Shown here: positions 59,452 to 64,000 of the stretch, one piece after another
Layout: each line of letters starts with the position of its first letter
Numbering within the stretch: position 1 is the first letter of the stretch
Virus record (IMG/VR): IMGVR_UViG_3300023296_000874
Span: 31,594-95,593 of that record
Source: a virus
DNA: 64,000 nucleotides
Reading direction: 5' to 3' (one strand)
The notes under the pieces: model-generated
Seen by the model: the letters and a program-made list of their open reading frames with translations, nothing else
Told to the model about the DNA's origin: nothing
Databases searched by the model: none
Position numbers and translations under genes: made by a program

Positions 59452-60927
59452 CTACTCGTTTACCAGTGAGTCCCCGATGCCGAGCTCGTCGAGGATGTTG
59501 CCATCATCATCTTCTGAGTCCACGGGGTTCCGGATTCGGCGCGATTGGAAGTGAACTGAAGCGGTGAATGGCTTGAAGTGGTTGCCGTCTCTGTTCTTTA
59601 GACAACCAATCTTCACTTCGTTGTTATCTCGAAGTTCAGTCGTGTCCCCGAGGAAGGTGTAGGTGATCAGGCTGGCGCTACGTTCTGCCTCGTTTGCCCA
59701 CGAGAGAGCGTCGAGCTTGTAGTGCCCCTGGTTCTTGCAGGCTTCCTTCCAACCGTTACGGTTGGCCTGGAAGGGAGTACACACCGGGATACCCTCGCCG
59801 TCGTTGAAGTTCAGCGCCAGCAGGCTGAGGTCCTTCATCACGTAGTTCATAGCCATGGCGAAGTTGTTCACCGAGCGGCCCGTCGAGTTCTCAATGAGTC
59901 CGGCGTGATCTGCGATGATCAATCCGAGTTCAGCCTTGCGGTGCTCCACTTCAGCCTTCAGCTTCATTTCGGGCACGGTGATCTCGCCAGCGGGGCGCTC
60001 AACGATGATGCGTCCGTAGTCCTGCGACATCCGGTCCTCAAAGTCAGCCGCCACGTCGCGTAGCAGAGCCTCTTCCTCTCCAGTCAGCTCACCATCACGG
60101 AGCCGTCCGTAGTCGATGTAGCGGGCGTTGCCGGAGCGTGTCCGGAACTTGTCGTGGGTGGAGTGGATGCAGTAGAGGATGCGCCGTACCTGCTCGTACT
60201 TCATCTCGAGGCTGAAGTACATGCAGTTCCATCCGTAGTGGATGGCGGTGTTGTAGGCGTAGTTGAGGGCCAGCGTGGTCTTGAGCTCTCCAACGAACCC
60301 CAGCATCAACATCAGCTCGCCAGGACGTAGTCCCTTGGTGATGTGGTCGATGTTGCTGAGGCCCATGAGCCGTCCGATCTTCGGGTTGGTCTTCTGGAGC
60401 TCGTACTCCTGAAGTACCTCGTCGCCGTCCTCAACGATGTTGCCCTTGAGCTTGCCGTTGCTCTCTACGGTGAGTAGCTCGTCGGCCCCAGCAATGAAGT
60501 GCTCAACCGCGTCACGCACGCCCTTCTTCAAGGGGCCGCGTTTCTCGAACCTCATGCCGCTGCTCTTGATGACGGCGGTCTCACGGAGCAGGCTGTCGAG
60601 CTTGCGCTGCTTCTGCTCTGCGTAGAGCGTCTTGCACAACCGTCTGAAGTTGGAGCGGATGTAGCCTGAGCCCTCCCGAATCTCCGCAAGACGCTCCGAC
60701 ACATCGGGTCTCCCCTCAGCCTCGAAGTAGTCAATCACGGATTGGTTGGAGGGCAGCTCGCTCTCACGGCTCTCGCCGAAAAAGTCTTGCACGTACCGGT
60801 AGATGTCTTCGTCCTGCTCCCGTAGGAACTCGATCCCGCTCTCAACGAACTGAAAGTAGTTCGAACGCAGGTTCTCTTGGGACGTACCATCGGCATAGTC
60901 AATGAGGGAGTGGAGGATGCGCTTCAT
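59452..60927 (-). CDS. DnaB-family replicative helicase-like protein with atypical Walker A (GFVGELKTT)
   Basis: Linker/N-terminal helix GLSNIDHITKGLRPGELMLMLG (cf. DnaB GxxxLDxxTGGLxxGxLxxxAxRP). Walker B-like LIIADHAGLI. RecA-like core length. Confidence 0.7.
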   Translation of the reverse strand: MKRILHSLIDYADGTSQENLRSNYFQFVESGIEFLREQDEDIYRYVQDFFGESRESELPSNQSVIDYFEAEGRPDVSERLAEIREGSGYIRSNFRRLCKTLYAEQKQRKLDSLLRETAVIKSSGMRFEKRGPLKKGVRDAVEHFIAGADELLTVESNGKLKGNIVEDGDEVLQEYELQKTNPKIGRLMGLSNIDHITKGLRPGELMLMLGFVGELKTTLALNYAYNTAIHYGWNCMYFSLEMKYEQVRRILYCIHSTHDKFRTRSGNARYIDYGRLRDGELTGEEEALLRDVAADFEDRMSQDYGRIIVERPAGEITVPEMKLKAEVEHRKAELGLIIADHAGLIENSTGRSVNNFAMAMNYVMKDLSLLALNFNDGEGIPVCTPFQANRNGWKEACKNQGHYKLDALSWANEAERSASLITYTFLGDTTELRDNNEVKIGCLKNRDGNHFKPFTASVHFQSRRIRNPVDSEDDDGNILDELGIGDSLVNE

Positions 60928-60933
60928 GTGGGC

Positions 60934-61746
60934 CTACAGCTTGAAATCTTTGATGATGTTGTTGGTGCGCGAGTTGTGGCTACGGTCACCGCCGCCACCC
61001 TTCCCGTCTTCACCGTTCCGGGTACGCTTGGAGGTGAACTCCGCAAGGTCCTTCTCAGGCTCGTAGTCCGGGTCGTCGTCGGGGTCATACGTGTCTTCCC
61101 AATCAGGCTCGGCCTGCACCTTCTCCCTGATCACTTCCGCGCGGATAGCAGCAACCCGTGCCTCGGGCCTGTGGGCCTCATCCTTCTTGCGCTTCCACCC
61201 GTTGCTCTCGAAATTCCGGCGCAACAGGTTGTCCAGTTCATCGCTCCACTCAAGGCACTGCTCAGTGAGTGGGCGTGGGCTAACGATCCAGGTGGTGCGG
61301 AAGCTGATTAGCCGGAGCATGAGCAGCTCGCAGATCACTCCGGAGAGGGCGATGTTCTTGTAGCCCTGCACTCCGAGGCGTAGCACCAAGAAGGGGTACT
61401 CAGCGATCTCGGCAACGTTCTGGGCGCTGATGGAGTTGGGGTTGCCCAGGAAGGCTTGCAACACGTCGGTGTCAGTGACGTAGGCCCAGCGGGCGTTCAG
61501 GCCGAGCTTGATGAACGCTGACTTGAGGTGGGGGTTGATATCGTCATCGTCCACCACGAGGAACGTGTTGGTCTTGAGCTTCTTGAGCAGGGAGCTGTTC
61601 TTCGCGGGAGGCACACGGTACAGATGCATTCCGAGCTTGCGGGCATAGAGGCTCCGCTGCAGGCAGATGCATCTCTTCGCGTTCAGGCTGTCCACGAAGA
61701 TGTGCCCCGTGCCGCCACAGCGTTTGCAGTTGGCATCTGCGGGCAT
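60934..61746 (-). CDS. Hypothetical protein with N-terminal zinc ribbon (CKRCGGTGH...CIC) and acidic C-terminus
   Basis: ORF track; start revised to MPADANC. Confidence 0.45.
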   Translation of the reverse strand: MPADANCKRCGGTGHIFVDSLNAKRCICLQRSLYARKLGMHLYRVPPAKNSSLLKKLKTNTFLVVDDDDINPHLKSAFIKLGLNARWAYVTDTDVLQAFLGNPNSISAQNVAEIAEYPFLVLRLGVQGYKNIALSGVICELLMLRLISFRTTWIVSPRPLTEQCLEWSDELDNLLRRNFESNGWKRKKDEAHRPEARVAAIRAEVIREKVQAEPDWEDTYDPDDDPDYEPEKDLAEFTSKRTRNGEDGKGGGGDRSHNSRTNNIIKDFKL

Positions 61747-61828
61747 TATTCCTCCGGTTGGGTGGGGTTGGTCACAGGCCATTCAACCGTTCGACCACCC
61801 GTGACACGGCGAACTTGGATAGTGTTCA

Positions 61829-63562
61829 TCAAGTCGTACTCGCCTTGAACTTCTTCTTGCCGCCCGCACGGAGCCTTTCAGCGTCCGCTCGAATGCTGTT
61901 CATGAGGTCCTTGAGGTTTGACGAGGTGTCAAACTGGAGCGCGCCCTTGGTCTGCTCTCCAAGCACTTGCTTGATCACCTTGCTCTTCTTCTTCACGGCG
62001 GCGAGCACGTAGTCGTCAATGGTGCCCTTGCACATGAGGTGGAAGGCTACGACGGTCTCATGCACCGAGCCAATGCGGATCATCCGTCCGAGTAGCTGGT
62101 CGTAGTCACCGGGGCTCCACGGGATGTCGTAGAACACAAAGGCGGACGCAGCTTGAAGGTTGAGAGCCTCGGTTCCAGCCGGTGTCAGCAGAATGACGTT
62201 CGGCCACTGCTTGTCACGTATGCCTCGAAGCTGAGAGCGGCACGTCCGCATTACTTCGCGCTTGGTACGCTCATCGGCCCCTGGTCCAACCGTCTTGGTG
62301 AGGAAACGCTTGAGAGCGGCGTGGTCTTCCGTGAACATGAGCTTGTTCAGTGTGCGCTGATGCTCGTTCTCGTCTCCGGTGATCCGGGCGGTGTTGTAGT
62401 CTTGGTGCTGCAACTCGCGCTGTAGGATGTTGATCATCTTCTTGTAGCGGCTGAAGATGATCACCTTCTCGCCCTTGAGCTCGTCGTTGAGCAGTCGGTA
62501 GAGCTCCTTCTCCTTCTCGGAGGTGCCCGGCATACCGATACATTCAGGGTGGTTGACGATCTGCTGGAAGTACCCGATGCGGGTCAGCGGCGTCATCTCC
62601 TTCTCAACCTCTTCCCCGGTGTCCGCAGCTACGACGGTCAGTACGTCGCCCAGAGCCTGGGTGTAGAGGTCCCACTGGCCTGGGCTCATGCCGCACGGGA
62701 TTTCCTTGGTCACCAGGTCAGGCAACTCGGTCGACACGTCGTACTTGTTGCGCCCAAGGAAGAAGGGGTCGATCATGTCGCGGAAATGGTCGACGTTCTT
62801 GTAGCCCACGACCATCGGGATCTTGCGTCCGCCGATGTCCCGCTTCTTCTCAATGCAATAGTGGAGCTTGAACTTCGTGATGCCCTGGAAGAGGGGCGGG
62901 TAGACCACCTTGAAGATGCCGTAGCCCTCGAGCAGGCTGTTCTTGAGCAGGGTGGCGGTCAGCCCGTACACGCGCCGGGCCTTGTCCGATACCATCCGAG
63001 CTACCTTGTGGGTCTTGCTCGTGTAGGTCTTGCACGCCGTCACCTCGTCCATGACGAGCATGAAGTTGCCGTTGGCGTTGATGTGGTGCTCGTAGAGCCG
63101 GTAGTCTTCCCTGTAGAAGTGGTAGTGCATCACAAGGACGTTGGCGGTGGGGTCGTTCCAGAAGTCCTCGTACTGCTTGACCCGGCTGGCCTTGCCGAAG
63201 TTCTCAAGGCGGCGGCAGTCGATGCCATCCGTGAACTTCTCAAACTCATCCACCCACTGCGCCGTAGCGGACTTGGGTGCGATCACGATCATCTTGAGCG
63301 TCGGGTCCTTCTCCAGAAGGTACGAGTACGCGCCGATCACCTCAATGGTCTTGCCGAGACCGGTTCCATCCCCCAGTACCATGCGGCTCATCTTGAGCAT
63401 GTGCATGATGCCGATGACTTGGTAGTACCTGAAGTCTACCCAGTCCTTGATGAATCGATTCCCCTTCAGCTTGACGCCCGTTTGGCCCCGAAGCTTCAGA
63501 AGCGACGGGTATGCCTTCGGGCGCGGCGGTTGGGGTAGAACTACTTTCGGTGGTGGAGCCAT
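61829..63562 (-). CDS. SNF2-family (Swi2/Snf2) helicase/ATPase
   Basis: Motif I LGDGTGLGKT, motif II LVMDEVT, motif VI QLLGRMIRIGS. Confidence 0.85.
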   Translation of the reverse strand: MAPPPKVVLPQPPRPKAYPSLLKLRGQTGVKLKGNRFIKDWVDFRYYQVIGIMHMLKMSRMVLGDGTGLGKTIEVIGAYSYLLEKDPTLKMIVIAPKSATAQWVDEFEKFTDGIDCRRLENFGKASRVKQYEDFWNDPTANVLVMHYHFYREDYRLYEHHINANGNFMLVMDEVTACKTYTSKTHKVARMVSDKARRVYGLTATLLKNSLLEGYGIFKVVYPPLFQGITKFKLHYCIEKKRDIGGRKIPMVVGYKNVDHFRDMIDPFFLGRNKYDVSTELPDLVTKEIPCGMSPGQWDLYTQALGDVLTVVAADTGEEVEKEMTPLTRIGYFQQIVNHPECIGMPGTSEKEKELYRLLNDELKGEKVIIFSRYKKMINILQRELQHQDYNTARITGDENEHQRTLNKLMFTEDHAALKRFLTKTVGPGADERTKREVMRTCRSQLRGIRDKQWPNVILLTPAGTEALNLQAASAFVFYDIPWSPGDYDQLLGRMIRIGSVHETVVAFHLMCKGTIDDYVLAAVKKKSKVIKQVLGEQTKGALQFDTSSNLKDLMNSIRADAERLRAGGKKKFKASTT

Positions 63563-63615
63563 GCTCCCCTGAACGGGAGCATTTTGGCCTCAGTCGCGAT
63601 TCTGCAGGGGGAATC

Positions 63616-64000
63616 TCAATCCTCGTAACCGCCGCCATCCTCCCAGGGAAGTCGCCGCAAGCTCCGAAGGATTGTCATGTGCTCCGGTGAAACTCGATCC
63701 TGTACCTGCTGCACAAACGCGTCGTAGCCGGGCATGAGGATGTCGGAGTAGTTTCCCGCCAGGCGATCGTACACGGAGCGAAGCTCTGCGGCCTCTGGAG
63801 ATCCCATCCCCAGCACGGTCGATTCCAGGACAATGGCTTCAATCTCGCGCAGCAGAGCCAACCGAGGCCCTCGATTGAAGGGTACCCGGTCAGCACCCGC
63901 TGGAAGGAGGAGGTTCGGGTGTGCCCGTTCCTCCTCCGTCGCTACGAGCCAGTGACAGATCTCGTGCCGGACGCCAGGCGCGTCATCGCAGAAGATGCTG
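63616..64000 (-). CDS. Partial ORF (N-terminus beyond window end) with HExxH motif (HEICH); putative ImmA/IrrE- or other zinc-metallopeptidase-like protein
   Basis: The frame is open to the window edge; hand translation gives ...DAPGVRHEICHWLVATEEERAHPNLL... Confidence 0.4.
   Translation of the reverse strand, partial: SIFCDDAPGVRHEICHWLVATEEERAHPNLLLPAGADRVPFNRGPRLALLREIEAIVLESTVLGMGSPEAAELRSVYDRLAGNYSDILMPGYDAFVQQVQDRVSPEHMTILRSLRRLPWEDGGGYED

Noticed and set aside
1-64000. Prophage or integrative element features (integrase, att sites, flanking tRNA) and CRISPR arrays
   Set aside because: I saw no tyrosine or serine recombinase signatures, no direct repeats flanking a block, and no repeat-spacer arrays. 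Gene content (own polymerase, sigma, topoisomerase, aaRS) and uniform composition fit a virulent large phage instead.

Overview
This 64-kb window is GC-rich (visibly above 60%) and reads as part of a large virulent (possibly jumbo) bacteriophage genome. Genes are densely packed, almost all on the minus strand, and often overlap by a few nt. Two short plus-strand blocks interrupt this (41217-44431 and 56549-57442). No integrase, CRISPR array, rRNA or convincing tRNA was found. Recognisable content on the minus strand, left to right:
- two tandem proteins carrying a ribosomal L7/L12 C-terminal-domain-like motif;
- an ECF-type sigma-factor domain fused to four tandem ~65-aa C-terminal repeats;
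- a NUDIX hydrolase, a PlsC-type acyltransferase and a vWA protein;
- polynucleotide kinase-phosphatase, a Pol-beta-type nucleotidyltransferase and a PRPP-synthetase (Prs)-like enzyme;
- an ATP-grasp protein and a class-II lysyl-tRNA synthetase;
- an NAD-related cluster: NAMPT-family phosphoribosyltransferase, NAD-kinase-like protein, PncA-like amidase, NrtR-like Nudix-wHTH regulator;
- SPFH/flotillin-like and ClpP-like proteins;
- a biosynthetic-looking operon: sugar nucleotidyltransferase, PLP enzyme, two paralogous FemAB/MprF-C(DUF2156)-like proteins, SAM methyltransferase;
- a replication module: topoisomerase IA, HU, classic AAA ATPase, family-A DNA polymerase with 3'-5' exo, primase-type zinc-finger protein, DnaB-like helicase, SNF2 helicase.

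Most interesting observations:
(1) A bipartite promoter-like motif occurs at least 19 times: minus-strand CTCT[G/A]A[G/C]-N17-CGTT[A/G], written on the plus strand as [T/C]AACG-N17-[C/G]T[C/T]AGAG. All copies share one orientation and sit 8-130 nt upstream of minus-strand start codons, including the sigma gene itself. It has ECF-like character (AAC in the -35-like half, CGT in the -10-like half), so the phage sigma is its likely reader.
(2) A multi-enzyme NAD+ salvage/reconstitution set that could rebuild NAD+ from ADP-ribose plus nicotinamide.
(3) An aminoacyl-tRNA-flavoured modification operon in the same genome as a LysRS.
(4) A short terminal peptide motif, [DN]R[LIM]xLL[LMF][ED] followed by an acidic tail, recurring at the extreme C- or N-termini of about ten otherwise unrelated small proteins.
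(5) A 340-nt non-coding region with its own promoter copy, a tRNA T-arm-like hairpin and a perfect 12-bp inverted repeat.

Many long plus-strand ORFs in the supplied track are antisense shadows of minus-strand genes (high GC suppresses stop codons) and were rejected. The track evidently also uses GTG/TTG starts, so several start coordinates were revised.
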